Below, piece by piece: positions 52,340 through 64,000 of a DNA stretch of 64,000 nt (the stretch's first letter is position 1; each line of letters opens with the position of its first letter). The position numbers and the translations under genes are program-made. Below the pieces are notes generated by a model. It saw only the letters and a program-made list of their open reading frames with translations. It had not been told where the DNA came from and searched no databases. Origin of the DNA: Daphnia carinata (Eukaryota); the NCBI RefSeq assembly GCF_022539665.2, contig NC_081333.1, forward strand, positions 9,362,001-9,426,000, in the 5' to 3' direction.

Positions 52340-53391
52340 TTACTCTTCCTTGTCCGAAGATGGATCAATGTCGTTAACTTCATCGTCCACATATTGATTG
52401 ACAAATGCCTGTTCGTTGACCGCCTCATCGTTGGGTGGCATTCCTTCCGCTAAGGAATTCATTTCTTGTGTTGTGTCTAGTCCATCTTCCTCTTCATCAT
52501 GTATTGTATCGCTGTTTTGGTCCACTACATCGTGCGAAGAAAACGGTTCCCTTTGTGTTCCTTCTTGGACATCTTTCTTTTGTGATGCGGCTGCCCCTAT
52601 TCTTGCTATGCCCCGACGCTGGATCAAATTTTCCAAATTGTTTCTGAAATCTTCAAGCTGAGCGTTGGCAGCTGTGAGAGACAACAACGTCTCCTCCACA
52701 ATTGCATTAGCCTCTTCCTCGGCTATTTCAGCTTGGATTTCAGCTCTCCTTACGATAATTCGATTTTCGATTCCACGTACGAATTGTGCGATAGCGTCGA
52801 AGTTAACCCAGAAATTTGCGAATAGTGTGTAATAATTGTTTACGGCATTCGATCCTTTCGAGAGGAACAGCTTGTTGAACATTGTTATGACATTGTCGAC
52901 TTCGTCAATATTGGACCTTGCGTTAAGGAAATTTTCAACACCATTCATTAATCTAGTAGCTTTATCCGCGCCAAGACCAAAAATAGAAAAAACTGCTCTT
53001 GGGCTGATTACGTCCTTTAAATGAGATAGTCTGCCGCTAACTAAAGAATGATTCGCTTGTTTGGGCGCATGTGTGGTACTCTCGTTTAAGTTGCTGACTA
53101 CTGGTTTTTCCGTAATGTTTCCTGTGGGCACAGGATCCGTCTCTGAACCTACTTGAAGAAACAAAACAATTAATTTTCCCATTCTTATGCTAAAATCTAA
53201 CGGAAAACTTTGTTTTTTGTTCAAGTTTCGTTCTTGCCTTTACGAATACTGGATGACAAGTCCAGTTGTTGGGGGCTTGTTGAAGGGGCTAGATGGGGGG
53301 CAGCATAAATAGGATGGATTTGAGAGACCCAAGACGATAGCACGAGTCCCGTTATGAAGTAAACTGGAACACGAAACGCTGTCACGATCAT
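52340..53391 (-). CDS. Uncharacterised secreted helical-module protein, paralog B (~320 aa; one module + acidic tail)
   Basis: Exon 1 runs from ATG 53391 (MIVTAFRVPVYFITGLVLSSWVSQIHPIYA) to 53238 (GC donor) or 53244 (GT donor). Exon 2 is 53148-52340. The module LNARSNIDEVD..NFWVNFDAIAQFVRGIENRI is closest to paralog A. Confidence 0.85.
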
Positions 53392-55783
53392 TCTAACTGA
53401 ATAGAAACAAAGTTATTAGGTCTAGTAAAAAAATAGTATAGCTATTTGTATCTGTTGTAAATTACTTAAGTAAATCTAATTAGCTCAGATTGAAGTGAAT
53501 AAATGAAGCCACCAATAAATACCTCTTACGTGTTTGTCTTTATAGCGCCGCGGTGTTGCTTCCTGCCACATACGCCCTGTAAAACTGAACAGGGCGGAAA
53601 GCGTACCCATCGTTCTTATACGATTGTTGCATCCGATGACTTTGCGTCGCTCGCAGCTATATGCACCAGACAAGCCTGGATTGGCTAGCTCTTTTTTTCC
53701 ACAGAATTATGCGCAAGAGCCACGCTTACGAAAAAAAAAAACCTGCTTGACGACTTGTGAAGGAATCAGGAAGCATCCAGCGCCTGTCGGGTCGGAAGGT
53801 CGGGGCGTTAGTTTATTTTTTTCTAGGTTCGATCGATTGTCGTCATTCTATCCACCATTTCAAATAATCTATTTTTTATGTTAATGCCTTTCCTTTTGAG
53901 GAAAAATAGTATAACCGCTAATGACTGGATACAGTGTGATAGTTATAAGGATAACTTAGAGAGCAACAACGTGCTCTACAAATAATCGTTTTTTTGTTTT
54001 TTCGCTGCTATCAGCGATTGCCCAAAACTGTGACGAGGCCAGTGGAACTCTTCGCTGTACGCAACGTTCTAAATATTATATCGTTTCCTGAGATATCACA
54101 GGCCCACCCGTTGATCGGCACTCATTGGGATTGTTTTTTATACGGCCCTTTTTACAGAAAGGAAGCTGAATTTATAGTAGCTCTTGTTGATTTTGATCAC
54201 GAAATTTTCATTCCAAAATTGGAGCATGATAGAGCGAACAGCATTTTTCCCGTTTCTGAACGAACTATTCCGCAGTAGCAAAGGTGGACTCGGCATACCT
54301 GTATGTTTACATCATACGCTCCTCCCAGTAACCTTACAATAGAAGACCGCCGGTTATATTTTTTACTATTTTTTATTCTTAGCCATCTTTTTGGGAAGGG
54401 CCATGATTCGTCTTAAGTTGCTCTTTTCACTTATCTTTCCTTTATCGTACTATTCCGTACCTGGCACGAACCTGATTTTGAATCATAGACCTTTTTTGGC
54501 GTATATTCGTTAATACTCAGAAGTCGTGTACTGTCGCTGGAAATCTTGCGTGTTCAAGGTCGAGTAAGCAGTAATAATTGGTGATTTAGTTAAGGCATCC
54601 CACCAAACATTAAACCGCTTGAAGGGACAGGCGAGAAAGAGAACTCTATATATACTAGTTACCCGGTTATGACGAACACCAGAATTGTTCTACATGCCTT
54701 TTCATTGGTCTCGACGAAATTCAAAATTCCTTCTCCTGTCGGTTCCGTTTATTCCTAAAGGCAAGAAAAAAGGAAAAACAGGTTGTTTGCTGTGTATCGG
54801 GCACTAGTTCGTTTGCTGTGTTAAACCTGTCTTACAGTGGAGTTCTTAACCAGAAGGGTCCGCACTAGCCAAGCCAATGAAGTAATGCTAAAATCCCACG
54901 AAAATTGGAATAACCCAATCTTTTTATGTATTTAAATTTTTTTTATCACTTAGCCCGCCTCATGAAACAAATAACTTTTCCATTACGACGGAGAGAGAGG
55001 GATGTTCTTTTCCCCGAAACAGACTGGTCTGATTTCAAACAAGTTTAAGCCGTAATAGATCAGCAACACGGCCAGTTGCTGCAATTTTTCTACACCACAT
55101 TTCGTGACAGGCAGAACATAAAAGTGGCCCAGATAGGTCGTCCACTTCGTGTAAATAACAGGTTTCGATTGACGAATTCGTTGAAGGTCACCGCAGCGAA
55201 TACGTGTGTTTAATACGCCGTTTTTCACAACTGGGTCGCTGGCGCAACGCACTCGGACCGAAAATCGTTTCATGGTGGATAACGCTAAATGATATCCCAC
55301 CCATTTTTTTTAACCACTTTGTTCTCGATTTGATTTTACCAACCAACTTTTCGATTGAACAGACATTGATGAATTAAAACCAGATAAAAAATAACTTAGA
55401 CATTCTATAGAAAATTATACAGATAAAGAAATTTTAAATTTCATATTAAATCTGACCAAAGAAAATGATCACAATAAATAGATAATGCAAAGCAAAAACT
55501 ACGACATAAGTACACAGTTTGCATACAAAAATACTCAACAAAGAAACTTCTATAGGGCACTGGGTTCAATTTGGCGATCTAAACGATCAAGCACTATATA
55601 TGCAATAGGACTGCAAAACATTATCAAACAAAATCACAATCAACTTCAATTTAGGAATCATCAAAAATAGGGAGACTTTTTGAAGTAACCGTGAGAAAGA
55701 GTCATCATCTTTTGCCGTTACTGATGGATGTCCTTTTCATGCAATACTCAGTGGGTACTTTTCTAACCATACACTACGAAACT

Positions 55784-58107
55784 TTAATTATTGGACGACT
55801 GGGCAATGGCACTTGTTTCCCCATACCCCTGACTGACATTCGTACGACGCCCAGTTCGAGTACTGTGCGTATGGTAGTTGCTTTCGATGTTAACATGGCG
55901 ACGAGTCTCGTAAGAAGATTGACGATTGCTGGAGCCCCTTGGAGTAGCATTAGCACTATTGTCTATAGGTTGACGACTTGCGGAGCCGCTGTATTGATGG
56001 TTAACCCGGTGTTTAATGTCAGAGCTGCTTGTGCCGGTGACTACTGGATTGTATTGATGATTCATCATAGAAAACGATTGAGCGTTATGTTGACGGCTGC
56101 TGAACTGGTTGTTGGTGGTGCCATAACTTACTGGAAAGTAAAAATTTCTATTCGTTTCGATTGACGGTTGGGAACTCTCAGTAATAGGTATCCAACTGTC
56201 ACTTGCAAAGTGGCCATAAGACTTTGTAGTAATAGGTGAAAAGGTGACGCTTTCTGGAGTCTTTGTGGGGTGGCTTTTATAGCTTCCTTGATAGCTGGGA
56301 TTTGCCTGCTGTGCTGATGGATTTGCATGAACGCGATGGTTATCGCCTTCGTGGCTTGGCTTACTGTGGTCTTTCTTCTCATGCTGCACATGATGAGGAC
56401 CAACAGCGTTATCAGATTTTGCATTTGCACTTTCAACTCTAGCAGCAGCGCCGTTTTGTAAAGCACTGACCAAGTCAGCAACTTCAGAGAGATTTGTATT
56501 CGTGTCATCCAACTCCGCTTGCAGATCCCCGAGCGGATCGGGTTGAGCTTCTGCCTGTTGCTGCTGGATTTGGTCTCTAATACGAGCTTCGTTAAAGCGA
56601 AATACGTTCGCAACAGCATCGACGATGGTCCAAAAGCTTGCCAATAAAGTATAAAACGTATTGAAGGCATTCAAACCATCTGAATCGAAAAGATCGTTAA
56701 ACGCCCTTGTGAACCTATTTAGTTGAACGTTGTTGGTATTTGAATTTAAGACGTTGTTTGCCTTGGCCATGAAATAAATAAATTTATCCACGCCGAAATT
56801 GAATCGCAAATTAGAGCGTTTTCTTCTGTTAGCGCTGCGTTTTACGTGCTTCTTAGTGCGATCCGATACAATATTTATGGAACGTTTGCTGATTGCTTCA
56901 AAGTTTGACTCGCTGATAAGCGATTTCAGTTTGAATTTTCTTTTAAGGTATTTGGTGTCGACAGCGAATTGCTTGGTTCGTCGAGTACGTGTAACGGGAT
57001 TCGAAAAATCACTTGCATCGGCTGGTGTACGGCGACCCTCTTGGTTGTCACCGGAATTACTGCTATACCCAGCTGGATAATAAAAGTGGCGAATTTTTTC
57101 GTCGGCTAAACGTTGCGCTTTTGCATGTCGACTGTTAATACGTTGTCGCAGGGAATGAATTTTCTCTTCTTTTCCATAATCTTTGTGATCTTCGTCTGTG
57201 CCCTGACCTTCATCACCATTATCTTGTTTGTCTTGCGGCGCATCATGAAGCAACCTTTGTTTAACCGTTTGCATCACATTCAATTCACGATCATCACCTT
57301 GTTGTTCAGCAGAGCCGTCTTCAAATTCACCCATACGTGCCAACTGTTGAAAGAGATCAGACACCACGGCAATGTTGTTGCTGGCATCGTCTAAGGATTG
57401 TTGTAAATCTTCCAAAGGATTCGGTGGCTGTGGCTGATTTTCATCTATTGTATTCAATATACGTGTTTCATACGCGCGGAAAATGTTTGCCACTGCATCA
57501 ATGACTGTCCAGACATTGACCCACATATTCCAAAAATTATTGACGGCAGTCATGCCGTCTGAGTTGTAGAGACGGCTGAACGATTTCATCAATTTGTCTA
57601 GTCTTGGGTATTTGGTATTCGAGTTCATGAGATTACTGGAAGCTGTCATGAACATGATGAATTTGTCCATGGTAAATTCTGGGGAAACCAAAGATTTCAT
57701 GCTTCTTTTCCTAGTCTGTGGCAGTGGGTCGATAATTCTGCGATGCGGCTTTCTGTCTGCATTGTTCGTTGTGTTGGTTTCGCTCGTCGAATTTCTTAGA
57801 AGAATTCCTTTACCGTCACCGCCTTCCGATAAAAGTCCTGGAACAATAGATTCTTACTTGGATAATTTGTCAATTGAAAAGAAAAACCACAACGTGACAC
57901 TCCAACCATTTAGTCTTCTACGAAAGGTAAACAGGACGACATTTAAGGCATTGTTTCATGCAACCCACCTTTGGTAGCATTGGTGCCAAAATCCATTGAT
58001 TGGAGACTGGATGTAGAAGACGTAAAACTTGCGCAAGTGAAGGTTATCCGAGACACGCAAGTTAGTGCCGAAAAAACACAAACTTTTAAAAGAAGTGATG
58101 AGGCCAT
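55784..58107 (-). CDS. Uncharacterised secreted precursor, paralog C (~730 aa; two modules, each preceded by a basic cleavage-like site, plus S/N/H/Q-rich tail)
   Basis: Exons 58107-57969 (MASSLLLKVCVFSALTCVSRITFTCA) and 57837-55784. TRKR|SMKS precedes module 1 and RRKR|SNLR precedes module 2. Confidence 0.88.
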
Positions 58108-58200
58108 CGAGCGACTCGGTTCTCGTGATGGCCGAGAAAGCGTATCTTTCAATCAATGCCTAAAGGCTCAAAACAGGCGAGCTTGAAGAGAAGGCCAGGT

Positions 58201-58330
58201 GAATGGAACGAGACTACCACAGAAAACACCTATTTATAAAACACCGAGTCCTACTTGAAACTGACCATCGTCAACGGCCTGGTCCACTGTTCTTGAGCGA
58301 CTGTTGCGCTATTGAGCACTAGTGTCGTAA
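58201..58330 (-). promoter_or_regulatory. TATA-containing promoter of paralog C, conserved with paralog D
   Basis: TATAAATA at 58238-58231. The non-coding block is closely repeated at ~63828-63955. Confidence 0.65.
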
Positions 58331-61300
58331 AATAAAGTGTCAGAAAGACTGGCGAGATACGTCCTATACCACTTGTGTATGCACAAAACCTGTTCGGCAA
58401 GATTTCGTCGACACGAAATCCTGCAAAACGACATGCAATGGGAGGTGGTAAACGAAGTGCTGTGTAGCTGCAGTCGGTGTTCTAGATACAGGTGAATACG
58501 AATGCTTCCCAACCCCGCCCATCAATTCTCATTGGACCTTTTTTTGTTTTGTTTGCCTCGGCAGAGAGACAGTGAAAAACTGTAGGCTTTTCTTTTTCTT
58601 TTCTAGAGTTCACCTGATGTAAGAAAACAAAAATAAAATTCAAGCGAACAAGAGACGAAAAACCGGAATGCTAGTGGCTGGTTGAGGTCATAATTTTTTT
58701 TCCCTCTTGCCTCGAAGTGATTCTTTCCACTTATTCTTCTGCCCTTTTGATTATTTTTATTTTATTTTATTTTATTTTTTGTTAGGGGGACTTTAGACGC
58801 ATCAGCAGCCAGGAAATACCAAACGCTTCATTTGCATGCGGAAAAAAGATTTTTTTTTTTAAATAAGAATAAAGTAGCTCATAGCAAGGCAAAATCATAA
58901 ATAACGTAGTTATGTGTCATCCTGCAAACTTGATTTTTAAATAATCAGATTGTGTATGATTTGCGTTACTTAAAAAAATATCGTTGCCCATCTTGCTGCA
59001 AACTGAAAGTGATAGAATGTACATCCGATGGAAGCGAGTCATGGAAAATAAGCTTTAAACTTTTGACCGAATAAACGCGCACACATCGACCACACCCCGT
59101 TACCTTGAACGTTTTTTGTAGTAAAAACGGCTGCCAAAGATAGCTTATTGCCCATGGAAAATCGTGTTTTGGTAGTTTTGAAGAAATACGAAGTAAAACT
59201 CTAGAACACACTTAGATTTTTTTTTTGCATTAACATGATTGAAAATAGTGAAGAACAATAAAGAAAAAGGAGAAAAAAAGCGGACAGTCATTATCCTTTG
59301 AGGGCCGAGTATACGAGATTTTAAAATAATGAAATAAGTTCTGCAAGTATAGTAATGACTTGCATCTTGATTTGTGTGCGATTTACAGCAACAAAGAAAC
59401 GTCGAAACAACAAGAAGGTTTTTTTTATCGAAAAGGGAGGAGATCGTCACGATTCCACAAAGCCGACACGATTCTCATTCCCTGAAGTAAAACAAGTTTC
59501 GTAGAGTTTAACGGGAATCGTCAGCCAATCAGTAAACTGGTCGTGGTATAAACAAGGAAAAAAAAAGAATCATAAAAATAAAAAGTTCTACCGGAAGTGT
59601 AGGCTATGCCATCCAAATCACGGCAAATTGATAGCCTTCATACCTTACTGCCACTTATTTCGGCGTACACACAGTTAGTGTTGATTTTGTACGACTACCA
59701 GCGAAGGGAAAAACAAAAAGGTTCTTAAAAGGCCTTCTTCGATTGACTTCGTCGAGATCATAGAATTTTTTTAAATCAAGTAGAAAAAACGCATCAGAAT
59801 TTCCCAGTATGGATGGATGGGGGCTCCAGTGTTACCAGTATTCAGTCGTATTGTATTTAGGAAATATTTATCTACCAAAGGTTTGAAATCGTTTTCCTTC
59901 TCAGTTTGTCATCGTTGTGGCATAAGAATGAACTATTGCGCATAAATATTTCTGTGTGTTTGTAGCACGTACATATAGTCAACGTAGGAACCCTAAAAAA
60001 ACGCTCCTATGTGGACAAATGCGCATCTCTTTTTGAAACTGCCCTACTTGGTCTGAAAAATTAAATTTGAAACATTTTCGATAAACTGCAGTTGCTCAGA
60101 GAGGCACCCAGAAAGAATGTGGCAGTTTATCTATGCATATAATAATAAAGAAGAAAATAATTCCTAGCTACGCTACTTTTTTGGTGGTGATACGTCAGCA
60201 GTGACGGATGAAAGGCTCTCTACTGAACTCGGTAGAAAAAGGGACTTGTTATATGCAAAGAGGTTTCATTTTACAAGAACCCGCACGAAAAAGTACACGC
60301 ATCAATGCTTATCCGAGATAAATTGAAAAATGAAACAGGCTAATATGGAACATACACCTTGAAACGGGTTAGGTAGAATCGAAATGTCACACCTTTCACC
60401 TAGGGCTCAGCCCCGAACCGCTTCAGCCTGGTTCACCACGCGACCCAACCCAAAAAAAACTGGTGGGGTCAGATAAGTGTATGTTATTTATCCTCTAATT
60501 GTGCGATGTCGTTTGGTGCATCGGGGGTGAGAGCGCAGACCGGGAGTGAAATACTTTAACTGTTACGTTGCGTTAGTCACACGGTAACTTTCACTGTCAA
60601 AAGTTAGATTTTCGTATTTTTTAATTGCACACCTAAACCTCGAACCTTGATTATGTTTTTCCCGTGTAAAGTAACAGTTGAAACATGAATGTGAAACGAA
60701 GTACCACGAAATAATTCTAGGTGGCAGCAAAAGTCAGTAAATGTCAAGCTAAACGGGTTACAAAACAATGTGATCGAGGTTCGTGATCGGGGCTTGTTGC
60801 CCGTTTTGTTGCCTGATCGTAATCGGGCTAGAAAACGGTGCGACGAAAAACCTATACCCGCAACATACAACCCACAGAAGTTGGGTCTTTCACCGACCCT
60901 AGAGATCGTCCCCAAAATTTCCTTTCCGAAGCCCCGAAAGCTCCGCCTCGATATGCGAACCCCGATTGTCAAGAAAGCTCCTCAATTGGCTTGAGGTCGA
61001 TCCCTAACCGACCCAAACCCCGCAGAGCTTCAGCCGAGCGGCATTCATTGTTTGACGAACACATCCTTAGCACTTCGACAAACTCTATTTCGTACAAGTA
61101 CCACCCCCGTCCGCCATGAATTTCTTTTGTGTTTACAAGGGTGTTGCGATAAAAAAAATTTAGGATAATTTTGCAAACTTTATTTCGATAACCATCATCT
61201 CACCAGACAGGTTGTATAATTATCTACATTCAATATGAATCTAACAGTTACTCAGTATGTACAAATTAAAATATGAACTCAAAAGTCTATGTCTACGATT

Positions 61301-61567
61301 TTCTTTGTTGGGGCGTTTTTTTTTTCTTTCGACTGTCGAGCATGTATCTACTTGTAGTAAGGTGTGGTCACGGATAATCCTAACAGAAAACGTCCCAGGT
61401 AGCCGTAACTCTTACACGAAACTTTTTAATTATTAGCCGACTGGAAAATGGCATTTGTTGTCCCATAGCCTTGACTGACATTTAAATGAAAACCAGTTCG
61501 ATTACCGCATGTACGTTAATTGCTTGCGGTAAAAATAAGGCGATTATTCACGTAGGTAGATTGACGA

Positions 61568-63739
61568 TTACCAGAAACCTTCTGGAATAGCATTAGTACT
61601 GTAGTCCACAGGTTGACGACGCGCGGAAGCGGAGTATTGATGGTTAATCCGGTGTATAATATAGGAGCTGGTGATATCTCTGCCTACTGGTTTGTAATGT
61701 TGGTTGGCCCTGGGAAATGGATGAGGATTATGTTGACGACTGCTGAAGTGGCTGTTTCCATGGTTAACTGGATTATAAAAATTTCTATTTGTTTCGACTA
61801 ATGGTTGGGGATTCTCGGTAATGGGTATCCAACCGTCACTTGCAAAGTAGCTATGAGGCTTTGTGGCAAGAGATGAAAAAGTAACGGTTTCGGGAGTCTT
61901 TGTGAGATGGCTTTTGTAGCTGTCTTGATGACTGAAACTTGCCTGGTTTGGACTTACACGAAGTCGATGGTTATCGCCTTCCTGACTTGGATGACTTTGA
62001 AGATTTTTCTTCTCGAGCGGCAACCGATGGGGAGCAACACCGTTAACAAATTTTGCATTTGCGGTTTCAATTCTAGCAGCAGCGCCGTTTTGCAAAACTC
62101 CGACCAAGTCGGCAATTTCCGTGAGGTTCGCATTCGTTTGGTTCAATACCGCTTGCAAATCCCCAAGCGGATCCGGCTGAGACGCTGCTTGTTGCTGCTG
62201 GATTTGATCTCTAGCACGAGCTTCGTTAAAACGAAACAAGTTAGCAACAGAATCGACAACGGTCAAAAAGCTTGACATTAAAGTATAAAATGTATTGAAA
62301 GCAATCAAACCATCCGAGTCGAAAAGGTTGATAAACGCACTTGTAAACCTATTTAGCTGAATGTTGTTGGTATTTGAATTTAAAACGTTGTCGGCTCTGG
62401 CCATGAAATAGATAAACCTATCCGTGCCAAAATTGAATCGCAAATTGGATTGTTTGCTTCTGTTTCCGTTGCGTTCTACTTCCAAGTTAGTGCGACCCGA
62501 TGCAATACTCATGAAACGTTTGCTGGTCGCTTCTAATGCTGACTCACTGGTTTGCGAATTTTGTTTTGATTTTCTTTTACGGGATTTGTCCACGACGAAT
62601 TGCTTGCTTCGCCGATTACTCGTTATGAGAGTAGACTCCTTAATTGCATAGACTAGTGAACCGCGATTTATTTTTTTGTCGGTTGGGTTACTGCTATACC
62701 CAACTGGATTAAAAAAATGTCGACTTTCCTCAACGGCTAAACGTTGCTCTTTTTTTTGTCGACTATTTACGCGTTGTCTCACTGGATAAATTTTCTCTTC
62801 TTTTCCAAGTTCCTCGTAATTTTGATAAGAGCTTGTGCCATTGCATTCATTGGCATTATGTTGTTTGTCTTGTGGCACACCCTTAAGCGATCTTCGTTTA
62901 ACCGTTTGCATCGCATTCGACTCACGATCCCCAGCTTGTTGTTGATCAGCAGAGTCGTCATTGAATTCGTCCATACCAGTCAACTGTTGAATAAGGTCAG
63001 ACACTACGGCAATGTTGTTGGTGGCATTGTCTAATGATTGTTGTAAATCTTCCAAAGGATTTGGTGGCTGTGGCTGGTTTTGATCCATCGCGTTTAAAAC
63101 ACGGGTTTCGTACGCTCGGAAAATGTTTGCTATTGAATCACTGAAATACCAAACATTGACCCACATACTCCAAAAATGACTGATGGCAATCATACCATCT
63201 GAGTTGTAGAGACGACTAAACGATTTCGTTAATTTGTCAAGTCTTGGGTACTTGGTATTCGAGTTTATGATATTGTTGGAAGTTATCATAAAACTGATAA
63301 ATTTGTCCATAGTAAATTCTGGGGAAACTAAAGATTTCATGCTTCTTTTCCTAGTTTGTTGCGGTGGGGTATGATGCGGCTTTTTCTCGGTACTGATCAT
63401 TGTGTTTGTTTCACTCGTCAAATTTTTTGCGAGAATTCCTTTGCCGTCACTGCTTTCTGGTAAAAGTCCTGGAACAATAGATTCTTATTTAGATAGTTTT
63501 TTTTTACCTGAAATCAAAATCCACAATCGACATTCCAACCATTGAGTCTTATATGTAAGGTAATGAGACGATATTTAAAGCATTGTTTCGTGCAACTTAC
63601 TTTTGGTAGCATTGGTGATGAACTCCATTGATTGGACATTGGATGTCGAAAACGTGAAATTTGCGGAAGCGAAGGTTATCCGAAACACGCAGATTAGAGC
63701 CAACAAGACACAAATTTTTAAAAGAAGTGATGAGGCCAT
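61568..63739 (-). CDS. Uncharacterised secreted precursor, paralog D (~679 aa; two modules; C-terminally truncated duplicate of C)
   Basis: Exons 63739-63601 (139 nt, same as C) and 63468-61568. Collinear with paralog C throughout. Confidence 0.88.
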
Positions 63740-63827
63740 CGAATGACCCCGTTCTCGTAGTACCCGAACCATCCCTCAATCAATGCCTAAAAGGCCAAGA
63801 CAAGCGAGCTCGCCGAAAAGACAGGGT

Positions 63828-63955
63828 GAATGGAACGAGACTGCCACAGAAAACACCGATTTATAAATTACCGAGTCCTTATGAAACTGATCATCGTCAA
63901 CAGCCTGGCTCACTGTTCTTGAGCGACTGTTGCGCTATTACACATAGTGTCGTTA
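63828..63955 (-). promoter_or_regulatory. TATA-containing promoter of paralog D
   Basis: TATAAAT at 63865-63859, within the block conserved with 58201-58330. Confidence 0.6.
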
Positions 63956-64000
63956 AGTAACGTATTAAAAAAAACTGGCAAGGTACGTCTTATATCATTT

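Noticed and set aside
54983..55300. 105-aa minus-strand ORF between paralogs B and C
   Set aside because: GTG start and no similarity to the module or to any family I recognise.
55784..57712. Endogenous viral class I fusion (env) protein interpretation of the secreted family (basic site followed by hydrophobic helix and heptads)
   Set aside because: No C-terminal transmembrane anchor, no Cys framework and no flanking gag/pol or LTRs, and the genes have a conserved spliceosomal intron. Kept only as a structural comparison to test.

Overview
Gene-dense, intron-containing animal genomic DNA. The AT-rich sequence, many 60-75 nt GT-AG introns, long poly-A/T runs and arthropod-type proteins suggest a Daphnia-like crustacean; this is an inference. 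All exon structures were assembled by eye from splice sites and reading phase. Conserved genes in order: LZTS/Fez1-family coiled-coil protein (+), PRC1/MAP65 (+), PNRC (-), RNF38/44-type RING-H2 E3 ligase (+), condensin CAP-H (-), Ku80 (+), single-domain ACE (+) and lipin (+). Two tandem arrays of secreted proteins match nothing I recognise as a named family and are the most interesting content. (1) At 5.7-7.6 kb (-) are two intact genes and one decayed copy encoding ~63-aa signal peptide + stand-alone saposin-A-type (SapA) microproteins. (2) At 48.2-63.7 kb (-) are four paralogous two-exon secreted precursors carrying six copies of an unrecognised ~120-aa Cys-free helical module, separated by basic convertase-type sites. 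Candidate alternative terminal exons occur in lipin (a duplicated exon), Ku80 (affecting the DNA-PKcs-docking tail) and PRC1. No rRNA, tRNA, CRISPR array or intact transposon was found.
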